From an uncultured Spirochaetaceae bacterium (lineage in GTDB: Bacteria > Spirochaetota > Spirochaetia > DSM-27196 > SLST01): a stretch of 64,000 bases of DNA. Location of the stretch: assembly GCA_964599075.1 (NCBI GenBank), contig CAZREG010000003.1:21257-85256 (forward strand). Reading direction: 5' to 3'. Within the stretch, counting starts at the first letter, position 1. Each line of letters starts with the position of its first letter. Shown here piece by piece: positions 53,452 to 63,862 of this stretch. Under the pieces are notes generated by a model. It worked only from the letters and a program-made list of their open reading frames with translations, was not told the DNA's origin and did not search any database. The position numbers and the translations under genes are program-made.

Positions 53452-54122
53452 TGATTGTAGAGCTTCACAACGTAAGCAAAGAGTTTCAGAGCGGACCGGC
53501 CACCCTTACAGTGCTCAACGGCGTGACCCTCGGGCTTATCAAAGGAGAGGTTGCCGTGGTTACCGGAAGCTCCGGCAGCGGCAAGAGCACATTGCTCAAC
53601 CTCATCGGTGGGCTTGATACCGTCACCTCCGGTGAGATTGCCGCCTGTGGCTATCCGGTCCATACCCTCAACGAGAGTGAGATAACAGATTTCCGCGCCC
53701 GGAGCCTTGGGTTCGTCTTTCAGTTTCACTATCTGCTGAAAGACTTCACGGCACTGGAGAACGTTTTGCTGCCGGCGTATATGCTCGGAGAGTCAAAGAA
53801 CTCCTGCCGAGGTCGCGCCGCCGAGCTTCTTACGGAGGTGGGCCTGGGTGAGCGTCTGGACCACTATCCTTCTGAGCTCTCAGGCGGCGAACGCCAGCGG
53901 GCAGCTCTTGCGCGTGCGCTTATAAACCGTCCGCCGCTCCTGCTTGCCGACGAGCCGACGGGGAATCTGGACGCCGCTACCAGCGCCATGGTGGAGGACG
54001 TGCTTATGCAGCTTGTCCGCTCTCATGGCGTTACCCTCCTGCTGGTCACCCACGACGAGGGCCTTGCCGCTCGTGGCGACCGCCGCTTCACACTCGAGCG
54101 CGGGGTCCTCGCAGAGCTATGA
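53451..54122 (+). CDS. lolD: lipoprotein-releasing ABC transporter ATP-binding protein
   Basis: GTG 53451 overlaps the upstream stop. GSSGSGKST, LSGGERQR, LLLADEPTGNLD. Confidence 0.85.
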   Translation: MIVELHNVSKEFQSGPATLTVLNGVTLGLIKGEVAVVTGSSGSGKSTLLNLIGGLDTVTSGEIAACGYPVHTLNESEITDFRARSLGFVFQFHYLLKDFTALENVLLPAYMLGESKNSCRGRAAELLTEVGLGERLDHYPSELSGGERQRAALARALINRPPLLLADEPTGNLDAATSAMVEDVLMQLVRSHGVTLLLVTHDEGLAARGDRRFTLERGVLAEL

Positions 54123-55471
54123 CTGTTCGTTCCACGATTGCCATTGCACGCCGATTCCTCTTTGGTCGGCCCGGTACCCCGGGGCTCTCCCGGCGGGTCC
54201 GCGGTGGTATTGTTGGTGTGGGGCTCAGCCTTATCCCGCTGGTCGTTGTCCTTCAGGTCGCAGACGGCATGATTGCAGGAATCACCTCGCGATTCATAGA
54301 GGCGGGATCCTCTCACATTCAGGCTGTCGCTCGGCTGGATGTGGAGCCTGAGCAGGCCGCCGGCCGCCTCAGGCGAGCGGCGGCGATAGACGGTATCACG
54401 CTTGCCACTGCAGAGCGTCAGGGAATCGGGCTTGCTGCGGCCGGTGACTCGCGTGCCGCTGTAACCATTCGGGCTGTGGAGCCGGATCTGCTCTTCCGCG
54501 ATCCAGGGCTGCAGCACTACCTCCGTATTGAGTCCGGTGAGTGGGACCTGAGTGATTCCGGTTCCATCGTTCTCGGGAGGCAGGTGGCAACTCAGCTTGG
54601 CGTGGTCCCCGGGGATACGGTACGCGTACTCACGGCGCGTCCACTGGCCGGTGGACGCTTTCTTCCGCGCAGCAGCAACTTTGTGGTCACGGGGATCGTG
54701 TCCACCGGGTATGCCGACCTGGACCGGCTCTGGGCGTTCATCGCCTATTCCCGCGGACAGGCCATTCTGCCGGCGGAAAGCTCGCGGCTGTTGCTTCAAT
54801 TCAAGGTGGAACAACCGCTTGCCCTGCCAAACCCGCTCTTTCGTTCACGTGCGGCAGCGCTCGAGCGTGGAGAACAGCTTGTTGGTGCGGTTCGGGAGGC
54901 CCTTGGCAGCGAGTATCGCGTAGCCACCTGGTTCGAGGCCGATCGTGCCCAGTACATGAGCTTCCAGACGACCAAAGACCTTCTGGTGTTTATCATGGTG
55001 CTTATTGTGCTTGTAGCTGCGGTGAACATCAGTTCCACGCTTGTAATGCTGGTACTCGAAAAGCAGGAGGAGATTGCCGTGCTCAAGAGCCTTGGTGCCT
55101 CTCCGGAGGGGGTGCGCACGGCATTTGTTTTTTCCGGTTTTGTTCTGGGACTCATCGGGACCGTCGTCGGCATTGGGCTTGGGCTGCTGATTGCAGTCCA
55201 CATCAATGAGGTTCTCTACGCAATCGAGTGGTTGATCAACGCGGGGGGCGCCGTGCTTGTATGGCTCGCGAGCCCATTTAGAGAGCTCGACGGCCCGGAC
55301 GTGCAGTTGCTCTCCGGCGGGTTCTACCTTGAGCAGATTCCTATCACGATTCGGCTCCGCGATCTGCTCCTGGTGAGTTTTCTCTCACTCCTGCTCTCAA
55401 CTGCCGCCGCTTACTTTCCCGCGCGCCGGGCCGGTCGTGTTCGTCCGCTGGAGGTGCTTCGACGCCACTGA
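54119..55471 (+). CDS. LolC/E-family lipoprotein-release ABC permease (second copy)
   Basis: Same architecture as 52159..53451, with EIAVLKSLGA motif. 4-nt overlap with lolD. Confidence 0.8.
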   Translation: MTVRSTIAIARRFLFGRPGTPGLSRRVRGGIVGVGLSLIPLVVVLQVADGMIAGITSRFIEAGSSHIQAVARLDVEPEQAAGRLRRAAAIDGITLATAERQGIGLAAAGDSRAAVTIRAVEPDLLFRDPGLQHYLRIESGEWDLSDSGSIVLGRQVATQLGVVPGDTVRVLTARPLAGGRFLPRSSNFVVTGIVSTGYADLDRLWAFIAYSRGQAILPAESSRLLLQFKVEQPLALPNPLFRSRAAALERGEQLVGAVREALGSEYRVATWFEADRAQYMSFQTTKDLLVFIMVLIVLVAAVNISSTLVMLVLEKQEEIAVLKSLGASPEGVRTAFVFSGFVLGLIGTVVGIGLGLLIAVHINEVLYAIEWLINAGGAVLVWLASPFRELDGPDVQLLSGGFYLEQIPITIRLRDLLLVSFLSLLLSTAAAYFPARRAGRVRPLEVLRRH

Positions 55472-55537
55472 GCCGTCTCCCGGCATAGACGATCCGAGCC
55501 GGTTGCGATATTCTCAACCCCACCCAAGGAAGCCATT

Positions 55538-56815
55538 ATGATCGATCTGAACCTCATTCGAACAGAGCGGGAAGCAGTTGAAGCGGCTCTGCGCAAGCGC
55601 CTTGATCACGTTGATCTGCGCGGATTGCTGGAGCGTGACACGGAACGGCGGGGGCTCATTGGCGAGGCAGAGAAGCTGAAGGCGCGCCGCAATGAGGTCA
55701 GCTCCGACATCCCGAAGCTCAAGAAAGAGGGCAAGGACGTCAGCGAGCTGCTGGATGAGATGAAGCAGGTGAGCACGCGGGTCAAGGAGCTCGATACGCA
55801 GCTGCGTGCGCTCGATGAGTCGATCCAGGAGGAGCTTGCGGGTCTGCCCAACCTGCCGGCCCCGGAGGTTCCGCAGGGTGGCAAAGAGGCGAACCAGGTT
55901 CTGCGGCAGTGGGGCGAGAAGCCTGAGTTCTCCTACCAGGCGGCAAACCATGTAGACCTGGTCACTCGACTCGGCCTGGTGGACTATGAGCGTGGTGTAA
56001 AAATGGGTGGAACAGGATTCTGGCTCTACCGCGGTGTTGGTGCGAAGCTCGAGTGGGCGCTCCTCAACTACTTCATTGATACCCATGTAGCGGATGGATA
56101 CGAGTTCATTCTTCCGCCCCATCTTCTGACCTACGAGTGCGGCTATACTGCCGGCCAGTTTCCCAAGTTCAAGGACGATGTGTTCCAGATTCGAACCGAA
56201 GATGGTGAACTCTCCCAGTTCCTGCTGCCAACCGCAGAGACTGCGCTTATCAACTTCCACCGTGACGAGATCGTGGAAGAGTCGCAGCTTCCCCTGAAGT
56301 ACTTCGCCTACACTCCGTGCTACCGTCGGGAGGCCGGCAGCTATCGTGCCCAGGAGCGCGGAATGATTCGCGGCCATCAGTTCAACAAGGTGGAGATGTT
56401 CCAGTTCACCCGGCCGCAGGAGTCGGAGAAGGCGCTCGAGGAGCTCATTGGCAAGGCGGAGGCGCTCATGCAGGGCCTCGAGCTCACCTACCGAGTGAGC
56501 CTGCTCGCCGCACGCGACGCATCGGCCTCCATGGCAAAGACCTACGACATAGAGGTCTGGATCCCCAGTATGGATGAGTTCAAGGAGGTGAGCTCTGCCT
56601 CTACCGCCGGCGAATATCAGGCACGGCGTGGCAATATCCGTTTCCGTCCAGAAGGGGCCAGGAAGCCTGAGTACCTGCACTCCCTGAACGCCAGCGGGCT
56701 TGCTACCAGCCGGATTCTGCCGGCTCTTCTGGAGCAGCATCAGCAGTCCGACGGTTCGGTTCGACTGCCGGCAGTGCTTGCCGAGCGTCTGGGAACCGAC
56801 ACGCTTCTGCCGTAG
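55538..56815 (+). CDS. serS: seryl-tRNA synthetase
   Basis: N-terminal coiled-coil arm MIDLNLIR..., and class II core with FRPE, RVHQFNKVE-type (GHQFNKVEMF) and GSGLA-type (ASGLATSR) motifs. Confidence 0.95.
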   Translation: MIDLNLIRTEREAVEAALRKRLDHVDLRGLLERDTERRGLIGEAEKLKARRNEVSSDIPKLKKEGKDVSELLDEMKQVSTRVKELDTQLRALDESIQEELAGLPNLPAPEVPQGGKEANQVLRQWGEKPEFSYQAANHVDLVTRLGLVDYERGVKMGGTGFWLYRGVGAKLEWALLNYFIDTHVADGYEFILPPHLLTYECGYTAGQFPKFKDDVFQIRTEDGELSQFLLPTAETALINFHRDEIVEESQLPLKYFAYTPCYRREAGSYRAQERGMIRGHQFNKVEMFQFTRPQESEKALEELIGKAEALMQGLELTYRVSLLAARDASASMAKTYDIEVWIPSMDEFKEVSSASTAGEYQARRGNIRFRPEGARKPEYLHSLNASGLATSRILPALLEQHQQSDGSVRLPAVLAERLGTDTLLP

Positions 56816-56889
56816 CCAGTACTCGTTTTTCTGCTCCACCATGGAAAAGCACACCCGGGAAATCCGTCTTTCTGGTAGAATTAGGTGGG

Positions 56890-57381
56890 ATGTCTGAACG
56901 ATCGTGTGATGGATGCGGCCGCATGGGCGACCTGGTGCAGGTGTACCAGACGCGCGGCAACGACTACTACGAACTCTGGCTCTGCGAGCGCTGTGCGGCA
57001 GTCCTTGGGGTAGAATCAACTGGCGAGGAAGCCGCCAGCGCTGAGGAACTGCTCAGCGGTCTGGTGAGTGCTGACGCTCTCTCTTGCCCCGGCTGCGGGA
57101 CAAGCTTTCAGACGGTCGAGAAACGCGGAACGGTGGGGTGCGCAGAGTGCTACCGCGCATTCGCGGGAAGAATCCGCGCGTTTCTGCATGAGCTCGAGAT
57201 TCCCCTTGCCCACACCGGGAGATTCCCCGAGCGTCTGGCCTCCTACAAGCGTCTGCTCATGGACCGTGAAGCCTACCGTGATGAGCTCAAGCGGGCCGTG
57301 GAGGCTGAGGAGTACGAGCGAGCCGCGCAGCTTCGCGATGAGCTTGACCAGCTCGACGGAGTTGATGGTGAAAAGCGCTAA
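56890..57381 (+). CDS. mcsA: McsA-like protein (zinc-ribbon pairs plus UVR motif)
   Basis: CDGCGR..CERC and CPGCG..CAEC cysteine pairs. C-terminal UVR motif EEYERAAQLRDELDQL. Located immediately 5' of mcsB and clpC. Confidence 0.75.
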   Translation: MSERSCDGCGRMGDLVQVYQTRGNDYYELWLCERCAAVLGVESTGEEAASAEELLSGLVSADALSCPGCGTSFQTVEKRGTVGCAECYRAFAGRIRAFLHELEIPLAHTGRFPERLASYKRLLMDREAYRDELKRAVEAEEYERAAQLRDELDQLDGVDGEKR

Positions 57382-58456
57382 TCCGTCGGTGCTGCCTCCG
57401 GTTATGCCCTGGTTGAGTGAGCCGCGAGCTGACGGGGACGTTGCGCTCTGCGCACGGGTTCGCCTGGGTCGAAACCTGGCGGAGTACCCGTTTACCGATA
57501 CCCCGCAGTCGGTGCACCCGTACTGGGATGCGATTGCCGCCTGTCAGGAGGCGGTGGAGGAGGCGAGCGCTGGCGAGCTCGAGCTGATGCGGATAGAAGG
57601 GATCTCCCTGAAGGCCGATCAGGCCAGTTTCCTGCGTGACAGAGCGCTGCTTGAAGAACAGGTGCCGGCGGCGCTTGCCGTGGACGTGGGAGAGCGGACC
57701 GCCTTTCTTTTCGGCGGTCGCGATCACCTGTGTATAACCACGATTGAACCCGGACTCCACGCCCGGGTCGCCCAGGAGCGTGCGCAGCACTGGGATCAAC
57801 GCCTCGAGCAGCGACTGAACTACGCCGTGGCCCTCGACTGGGGGTACCTCTCTACCGATATCACGGAGCTCGGGACGGCGATGCGCGCGTCGCTCCTGTT
57901 TCATCTGCCGGCACTGGTTGAGGTGGAGCGTTTCAGCCTGCTCAGTGACGTGCTTCAGGAGCGCGGGTTCCGGCTTCGTAAGCTCAATGACGAGAGCTCC
58001 TCCCTCTTCTGGCTCGAGAACCGGCAGACGATCGGAATGAGTGAAGAGGTAATTATCTCCAAACTTGAAGATGCCGGTCGTTCAGTGGTATCTTCTGAAA
58101 GAGAGGCTAGAACAACGCTTCTGCGCGGCCGTCGCACGGAGGTCTCCGAGCGGGCGCACCGTGCGTATGGGCTGCTGCAGTTCTCTCGATCGCTGTCGTC
58201 GAAAGAGGCGTTACAGTTGATCAGTGATCTGCGGCTGGGAGTTGTCTGCGGGTTACTCACTTCGATCGGGGTACCTCTTGCAGACTCCCTTTTCTTTCTG
58301 GCCCGGGATGGTCATATTAGCGTGTATTGTGATGAAAATAATGAGCAACAAGAGGGAGAGAGGAACATCAATCAGGCTCGGGCACAGCTTATCCAGGATC
58401 TGCTGCGTGAAGAGCCACGGTCACCCGGTAGACTGGGAGGAATAATAGATGTTTAA
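57365..58456 (+). CDS. mcsB: McsB-like ATP:guanido phosphotransferase (protein arginine kinase homolog, divergent motifs)
   Basis: Collinear with my recollection of B. subtilis McsB: [37 protein letters not shown], and a C-terminal dimerisation-like region. Start ATG 57365; the track ORF 57068 extends antisense-free into mcsA. Confidence 0.8.
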   Translation: MVKSANPSVLPPVMPWLSEPRADGDVALCARVRLGRNLAEYPFTDTPQSVHPYWDAIAACQEAVEEASAGELELMRIEGISLKADQASFLRDRALLEEQVPAALAVDVGERTAFLFGGRDHLCITTIEPGLHARVAQERAQHWDQRLEQRLNYAVALDWGYLSTDITELGTAMRASLLFHLPALVEVERFSLLSDVLQERGFRLRKLNDESSSLFWLENRQTIGMSEEVIISKLEDAGRSVVSSEREARTTLLRGRRTEVSERAHRAYGLLQFSRSLSSKEALQLISDLRLGVVCGLLTSIGVPLADSLFFLARDGHISVYCDENNEQQEGERNINQARAQLIQDLLREEPRSPGRLGGIIDV

Positions 58457-60962
58457 AGGACTGACACAGCGAGCACAGAAAGTCCTGACAATACTCGCAC
58501 AGGATGAGGCAAAGCGGTTTCATTCCGATCAGCTTCTTCCTGAGCATATCATGCTTGCCCTTCTCAAGGAGGGCGGAGGTCTGGGTTACAAAGCACTGGA
58601 GAAGGCGAGTGTTGACCCGGCCAAGATGCAGATTGAGATTGAGAAGGAAATTCCGCGCAAGAGAGGCGGGTTTATCCTGGGCGACGTGCCCCCGAGCTCC
58701 CGCGGCAAGAAAGTACTTGAAGACAGTGCGGAAGAGGCACGGAGCCTTGGGCACGAGTACATAGGGACCGAGCACCTGTTGCTCGCGTGTGCCCGGGAAT
58801 CCCAAAGCGCGACCTCCCGGTTCCTTGATGAAAACGGCTCGAGTGCCGACGGGCTGCGTGAGATTATTGCAGATCTCAGCGGTTCATCTCAGCCGTCCGG
58901 AGCCGCCGCACCGGCTACCCGCAGCACCCAGTCGAAGCGCAGGAGCTCCACGAGTACGGCATCCGCCAAGAAGACAACTCCCACACTCGACGAGTTCAGT
59001 CGTGATCTCACCCAGTACGCGAGAGAGAACCGGCTTGATCCGGTTGTGGGTCGCGGTCGGGAGATTCAGCGCGTCATCCAGATCCTGGCCAGGCGCACCA
59101 AGAACAATCCGGTGCTCATCGGTGAGCCTGGTGTGGGCAAGACCGCGATTGTTGAGGGCCTTGCCCAAAGCATAGTGGACGGGTCCGCCCCCGAGGTCTT
59201 GATTGGAAAGCGGGTGATGACGCTCGATCTGGCAAGCCTCATTGCCGGTACCAAATACCGTGGTGAGTTTGAGGAGCGGCTAAAGCGGGTGATGAAAGAG
59301 ATCACCAACGCGGGCAACGTGGTGCTCTTTATTGATGAGCTGCACACCATTATTGGTGCCGGAGGCGCCGAGGGTGCTATAGATGCAAGCAACATGCTCA
59401 AGCCATCACTCAGTCGCGGTGAGATCCAGTGTATCGGCGCCACCACGCTCAACGAGTACAAGAAGTACGTGGAGAAGGACGCGGCGCTCGAACGACGCTT
59501 CCAGACCATCTATGTTGACGAGCCGTCGGTGGAAGAGACGCTTGAGATTCTGAAGGGCATCAAGGAGCGCTACGAGGATCATCACAACGTGAGCTACACC
59601 CCCGGTGCACTCGAGGTCTCAGCGCTGCTCTCCCGACGCTACGTGCCGGATCGGTTTCTGCCGGACAAGGCGATCGACCTCATTGACGAGGCCGGAAGCC
59701 GCAAGCGAATCCATAACTCTGTTCGTCCCACTGAGCTCGCAGAGCTCGAGCGGGAGATTGAGCAGTTGAACGCAGAGAAGCTCAGCTTGGTCAACGGGCA
59801 GAACTACGAGCGAGCCGCTGCGGTACGGGATCAGGTTCGTCAGCTGAAGGCGAAAGTCGAAGAGATGAAGAACCAGTGGAAGGTGACACTCAAAACCGAG
59901 CAGAACGTGGTGGACTCCGAGGACATTCAGTATGTCCTCAGTGACATCACCGGGATCCCGCTCTCCCGTATCGCTCAGAGCGAGAGCGAGAAGCTGCTGC
60001 GCATAGAGGATGAGCTTCACAACACGGTAGTCGGCCAGGACGATGCGATCAAGGCGATCAGCTCAAGTATCCGAAGAAGCCGCACGGGTCTGAGCTCGCC
60101 CAAGCGACCGCTGGGTTCGTTTATCTTCCTCGGTCCCACCGGGGTCGGCAAGACACTGCTGGCCAAGACGCTGGCAGAGTTTCTGTTCGGGAGTGAAGAC
60201 TCACTGATACGCATTGATATGTCCGACTACATGGAGAAGCACAACGTGAGTCGGCTCGTGGGAGCTCCTCCCGGCTATGTAGGCTACGATGAAGGCGGTC
60301 TGCTGACTGAGAAGATTAGGCGCAAACCGTACAGCGTGGTCCTGTTTGACGAGATAGAGAAGGCGCACCCGGATGTCTTCAACATCCTGCTTCAGGTGCT
60401 CGAGGAAGGCCAGCTCCAGGACAGCCTTGGTCACACCGTAAGTTTCCGCAACACGGTGCTTATCATGACCAGCAACGCAGGCGCCCGGGAAATCACCCGG
60501 GAGACATCGGTCGGTTTCAAGCCGTTCGACGGGCTTCTGAGCTACACGGATATCAAGTCGAGCGCAATGAATGAACTGAAGCGGATCTTCCGTCCGGAGT
60601 TCATCAACCGTGTGGACGAGATCGTGGTCTTCCACAGTCTCAGCCGTGAACAGGTACGATCGATCCTGGAGATCGAGATAGCCGAGGTTCAGACACGGCT
60701 GGTGGAGAAGGAGATCACTCTTGAGTTCACCAAGAAGGTCAAGGAGTATCTGATAGACCACGGCTACGACGCAAAGTTCGGCGCCCGGCCGCTGCGACGC
60801 ACCATCCAGCGGGAGGTGGAAGACCCGCTGGCAATGGAGCTCCTGAGAGGCCGATTCGGCGAGGGGAGCCACGTCCAGGTCACTCTGCGCAAGGAAAAAA
60901 TTGCGTTTCGCGAGAAGAGTGTGAAGAACAAGCAGGAAGAAGAGGTGGCGGTCACGACCTGA
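58449..60962 (+). CDS. clpC: ATP-dependent Clp protease ATP-binding subunit ClpC
   Basis: Two Clp_N repeats, AAA-1 GEPGVGKT, a UVR-containing middle domain ([13 protein letters not shown]), AAA-2 GPTGVGKT, and a C-terminal D2-small domain. 837 aa. Confidence 0.9.
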   Translation: MFKGLTQRAQKVLTILAQDEAKRFHSDQLLPEHIMLALLKEGGGLGYKALEKASVDPAKMQIEIEKEIPRKRGGFILGDVPPSSRGKKVLEDSAEEARSLGHEYIGTEHLLLACARESQSATSRFLDENGSSADGLREIIADLSGSSQPSGAAAPATRSTQSKRRSSTSTASAKKTTPTLDEFSRDLTQYARENRLDPVVGRGREIQRVIQILARRTKNNPVLIGEPGVGKTAIVEGLAQSIVDGSAPEVLIGKRVMTLDLASLIAGTKYRGEFEERLKRVMKEITNAGNVVLFIDELHTIIGAGGAEGAIDASNMLKPSLSRGEIQCIGATTLNEYKKYVEKDAALERRFQTIYVDEPSVEETLEILKGIKERYEDHHNVSYTPGALEVSALLSRRYVPDRFLPDKAIDLIDEAGSRKRIHNSVRPTELAELEREIEQLNAEKLSLVNGQNYERAAAVRDQVRQLKAKVEEMKNQWKVTLKTEQNVVDSEDIQYVLSDITGIPLSRIAQSESEKLLRIEDELHNTVVGQDDAIKAISSSIRRSRTGLSSPKRPLGSFIFLGPTGVGKTLLAKTLAEFLFGSEDSLIRIDMSDYMEKHNVSRLVGAPPGYVGYDEGGLLTEKIRRKPYSVVLFDEIEKAHPDVFNILLQVLEEGQLQDSLGHTVSFRNTVLIMTSNAGAREITRETSVGFKPFDGLLSYTDIKSSAMNELKRIFRPEFINRVDEIVVFHSLSREQVRSILEIEIAEVQTRLVEKEITLEFTKKVKEYLIDHGYDAKFGARPLRRTIQREVEDPLAMELLRGRFGEGSHVQVTLRKEKIAFREKSVKNKQEEEVAVTT

Positions 60963-61001
60963 CCGCCATCCAGGCGCCGGTTCAGCGGCCAGGGCCGTTT
61001 C

Positions 61002-61943
61002 TCAACGGCCCCTGCCGGCGAGATCAAAGTAGGCAAACAACATGTTCGAGAGTGCCGCACGTTCTGACACGCCCGGCCGGTAGCTGTACTGCGTCCGGTT
61101 TCCTACAAAGGTCACCGTGAATCGGTTTGAGCTGACCAGGGTAAGAAGGCGATCGGCAAGGGGTCCGGTCACCTCTGCGGTGATGCTCTCAAGCAACCGT
61201 TGCCCATCACTTCTGCGTGTCGGTTCATCAGTGGGTTCATCAGAGAGTACGATAGGATCAACCGGGTCGACGGGGTCACGACCTTCAATGGAGATGAATA
61301 CCGACCGCAGGTAGAGCGGACTCTCCTCAGTGACGTACTGCGTGTGCAGGGTGAGCCGGGGTTCGTTTCCGGCGGGGTCGGAGATGGTGAGAAAGATGGC
61401 GGTCCGCCGGTAGTCGAGGCGGGAATCAAACAGGCGCGGAACCCCCGACTGCCGATCCGCCGCTATTCCCGGTGCTGCCGCGGCAAATCTCCTGGCTATC
61501 CTGGGATCGTTGCGGAGTCCCAGCTCTTCTACCGGCAGGAACCCGCCGCCACCGGCGAGAGCCTGCTCAGGGGTCTGTGGTGATCTCTCAGGTTCCTGAT
61601 CTGCGAGCATATCCTGCAGGCCGTTTAACTGCTCGAGCAGTGCCCGGCGCTCCTCCCGCAGTGCACCCAGCTCGGAGAGCGAGACCGAGAGTTCCTCCTG
61701 CGTCTGCGCCGCTTGAGCCTCCGCCCTCTCCGCCGCGGCGACAGCGGCCGCAAGAGCGTCTTCCTGTGCGGCAATCCGGGCGCCCAGTTCGGTGAGTTCA
61801 CCTTCAAGAAGCGCCACCTGGTCGAGCGCGGCCTGGTGCTCTTCCTCTGGTACGGTGGCGCAGCCGGCAAACATGAGCACGCAGACAGCAACAAGCCGTA
61901 CGCTCAGCGGTGTGAGCGCACCAATCCCCCATCGGTCTCCCAT
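61002..61943 (-). CDS. lipoprotein with N-terminal coiled coil, unknown function
   Basis: Lipobox LMFAGC. Ala/Glu/Leu-rich heptad region (ALDQVALLEGELTELGARIAAQEDALAAAVAAAERAEAQAAQTQEEL), then a globular C-terminal domain. Confidence 0.55.
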   Translation of the reverse strand: MGDRWGIGALTPLSVRLVAVCVLMFAGCATVPEEEHQAALDQVALLEGELTELGARIAAQEDALAAAVAAAERAEAQAAQTQEELSVSLSELGALREERRALLEQLNGLQDMLADQEPERSPQTPEQALAGGGGFLPVEELGLRNDPRIARRFAAAAPGIAADRQSGVPRLFDSRLDYRRTAIFLTISDPAGNEPRLTLHTQYVTEESPLYLRSVFISIEGRDPVDPVDPIVLSDEPTDEPTRRSDGQRLLESITAEVTGPLADRLLTLVSSNRFTVTFVGNRTQYSYRPGVSERAALSNMLFAYFDLAGRGR

Positions 61944-62026
61944 GGCATGATTGTCCGCTACCCATTCAATTTGATCAAGCCCGGGCCATGTGGTACCATT
62001 TCCACAGATCTTACCGTGAGGTTGTT

Positions 62027-63862
62027 ATGGGAAGGGGAGCAACCGCCGCGGCATCACGCGGTAGCGCTGCACAAGCAAAGAAACAGACCTACGACGAGAG
62101 CAAGATAAAGACGTTGAGCTCGCTCGAGCACATCCGGCTGCGCACCGGTATGTACATCGGTCGGCTTGGCGACGGCTCGAACGTTGACGACGGCATCTAC
62201 GTGTTGCTCAAGGAGGTCATCGACAACAGCGTTGATGAGTTCATCATGGGCGCCGGAAGCTCCATTCGGGTCGACATTAAAGGCTCTACCGTCAAGGTAC
62301 GTGACTTTGGCCGTGGTATACCGCTGGGGAAGGTGGTTGAGTGCGTGAGCGTCATCAACACCGGCGCAAAGTACAACGACGAGGTCTTCCAGTTCTCCGT
62401 TGGTCTCAACGGCGTGGGCACCAAAGCGGTCAACGCGCTTAGCTCACAGTTCCGAGTGGTCGCGTTTCGGGATGGAAAGTACGCGGAGGCTCGCTTTGAA
62501 AAGGGCGAACTCAAGAGCGAGAAGAAGGGTAAAACAACTGAGAAGAACGGTACCTACGTTGAGTTCGAGCCGGACACTGAGATTTTTGGTGACTACGAGT
62601 ACAACGTGGAGTACGTGGAGCAGCGGCTCTGGAATTACGCGTATCTGAACTCCGGGCTCACCCTCTATCTGGGCAAACAGAAGTTTGAAAGCAGGAATGG
62701 ACTCCTGGATCTTCTCTACAACGAGGTTGGGGACGAGACGGCCTATGAGATCGGGTATCACAAGGGTGATCACCTTGAGTTTGCGTTCAGCCACACGGCA
62801 AACTACGGAGAGAGTTACTTCAGCTTTGTGAATGGACAGTTCACCTCAGACGGCGGGACACACCAGAGCGCGTTCCGCGAGGGCTTCCTGAAAGGGGTGA
62901 ATGAGTTCTATCGCAAGAACTATTCGGGCGTGGACGTGCGCGAGGGGTTCGCCGGAGCGGTGGCCATACGCATTCAGAATCCAGTCTTTGAGAGTCAGAC
63001 AAAGAACAAGCTGGGCAACACGGAGATCCGTAGCTGGATCGTCAACGAGACCAAGAGTGCTGTCGTGGACTTCCTGCACAAGAACCAGAAGGCCAACAAG
63101 GCGCTTCATGACAAGATTGTCAACAACGAGAAACTGCGCAAAGAACTCAACGCGGTCAAGAAAGAGGCACGCGAGGCGGCAAAGAAGATCGCCCTCAAGA
63201 TCCCCAAGCTGAAGGATTGCAAGTACCATCTCCAGGATGGAGAGAAGGGCAGGGAGTCCACCATCTTTATCACCGAGGGGGCGAGTGCCACCGGAAGCAT
63301 GGTCAGCTGCCGGGACGTCTATCTCCAGGCAATTTTCAGCCTGCGCGGCAAGCCGCAGAACGTCTTTGCCCGCAAGCGTGCGGATCTCTACAAGAACGAA
63401 GAACTTTACAACATGATGATGGCGCTCGGGATAGAGAACAACGTGGAGGACGTCCGGTACGATCGCATTGTGATTGCGACCGACGCAGACTACGACGGGT
63501 TCCACATTCGAAACCTGCTTCTCACCTTCTTCCTCAACTACTTTGAGGAGCTGGTCCTGCACAAGCGATTGTTCATCCTTGAGACTCCACTGTTTCGCGT
63601 GCGGAACAAGCAGGAGACGCGCTACTGCTACAACGCGAAGGAGCGTGACCAGGCGATCGAAGAGATTCGCGGTCCGGAGGTGACCCGGTTCAAGGGACTT
63701 GGTGAGATCAGCCCCAGGGAGTTCGGGCAGTTCATTGGACCGGACATCCGGCTCGTTGAGGTAACGGTGAAAAGCATCAAGGGCATTCAGGAGACCCTTG
63801 AGTTCTACATGGGCAAGAACACGCCACAGCGGCGGGAGTTCATCATGGAGAACCTGGTCTGA
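62027..63862 (+). CDS. parE: type IIA topoisomerase subunit B (ParE-like, no GyrB insertion)
   Basis: [17 protein letters not shown] ATPase motifs ([22 protein letters not shown]), Toprim TEGASATGS and [12 protein letters not shown]. Start ATG 62027 is preferred over 61988. Confidence 0.8.
   Translation: MGRGATAAASRGSAAQAKKQTYDESKIKTLSSLEHIRLRTGMYIGRLGDGSNVDDGIYVLLKEVIDNSVDEFIMGAGSSIRVDIKGSTVKVRDFGRGIPLGKVVECVSVINTGAKYNDEVFQFSVGLNGVGTKAVNALSSQFRVVAFRDGKYAEARFEKGELKSEKKGKTTEKNGTYVEFEPDTEIFGDYEYNVEYVEQRLWNYAYLNSGLTLYLGKQKFESRNGLLDLLYNEVGDETAYEIGYHKGDHLEFAFSHTANYGESYFSFVNGQFTSDGGTHQSAFREGFLKGVNEFYRKNYSGVDVREGFAGAVAIRIQNPVFESQTKNKLGNTEIRSWIVNETKSAVVDFLHKNQKANKALHDKIVNNEKLRKELNAVKKEAREAAKKIALKIPKLKDCKYHLQDGEKGRESTIFITEGASATGSMVSCRDVYLQAIFSLRGKPQNVFARKRADLYKNEELYNMMMALGIENNVEDVRYDRIVIATDADYDGFHIRNLLLTFFLNYFEELVLHKRLFILETPLFRVRNKQETRYCYNAKERDQAIEEIRGPEVTRFKGLGEISPREFGQFIGPDIRLVEVTVKSIKGIQETLEFYMGKNTPQRREFIMENLV

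Noticed and set aside
56816-56889. I looked for a CtsR operator (tandem GGTCAAA-type heptads) or other repeats upstream of mcsA.
   Set aside because: No such repeat is present in the 74-nt gap, so nothing can be called a regulatory site with confidence.
55514-57019. A 501-aa minus-strand ORF covering all of serS; it is longer than serS itself.
   Set aside because: The plus-strand product is an unmistakable class II SerRS. The antisense product is Arg/Leu/Gly-rich low-complexity sequence with no motif. Long stop-free antisense frames are expected in GC-rich genes, so there is no need to invoke sense/antisense coding.
60976-61019. A GC-rich inverted repeat (GGGCCG ... CGGCCC and flanks) between clpC and the convergent lipoprotein gene, considered as a bidirectional terminator.
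   Set aside because: There is no U-tract on either strand, and it overlaps the lipoprotein stop codon. It could be a weak or Rho-assisted site, but it is not supportable as an intrinsic terminator.
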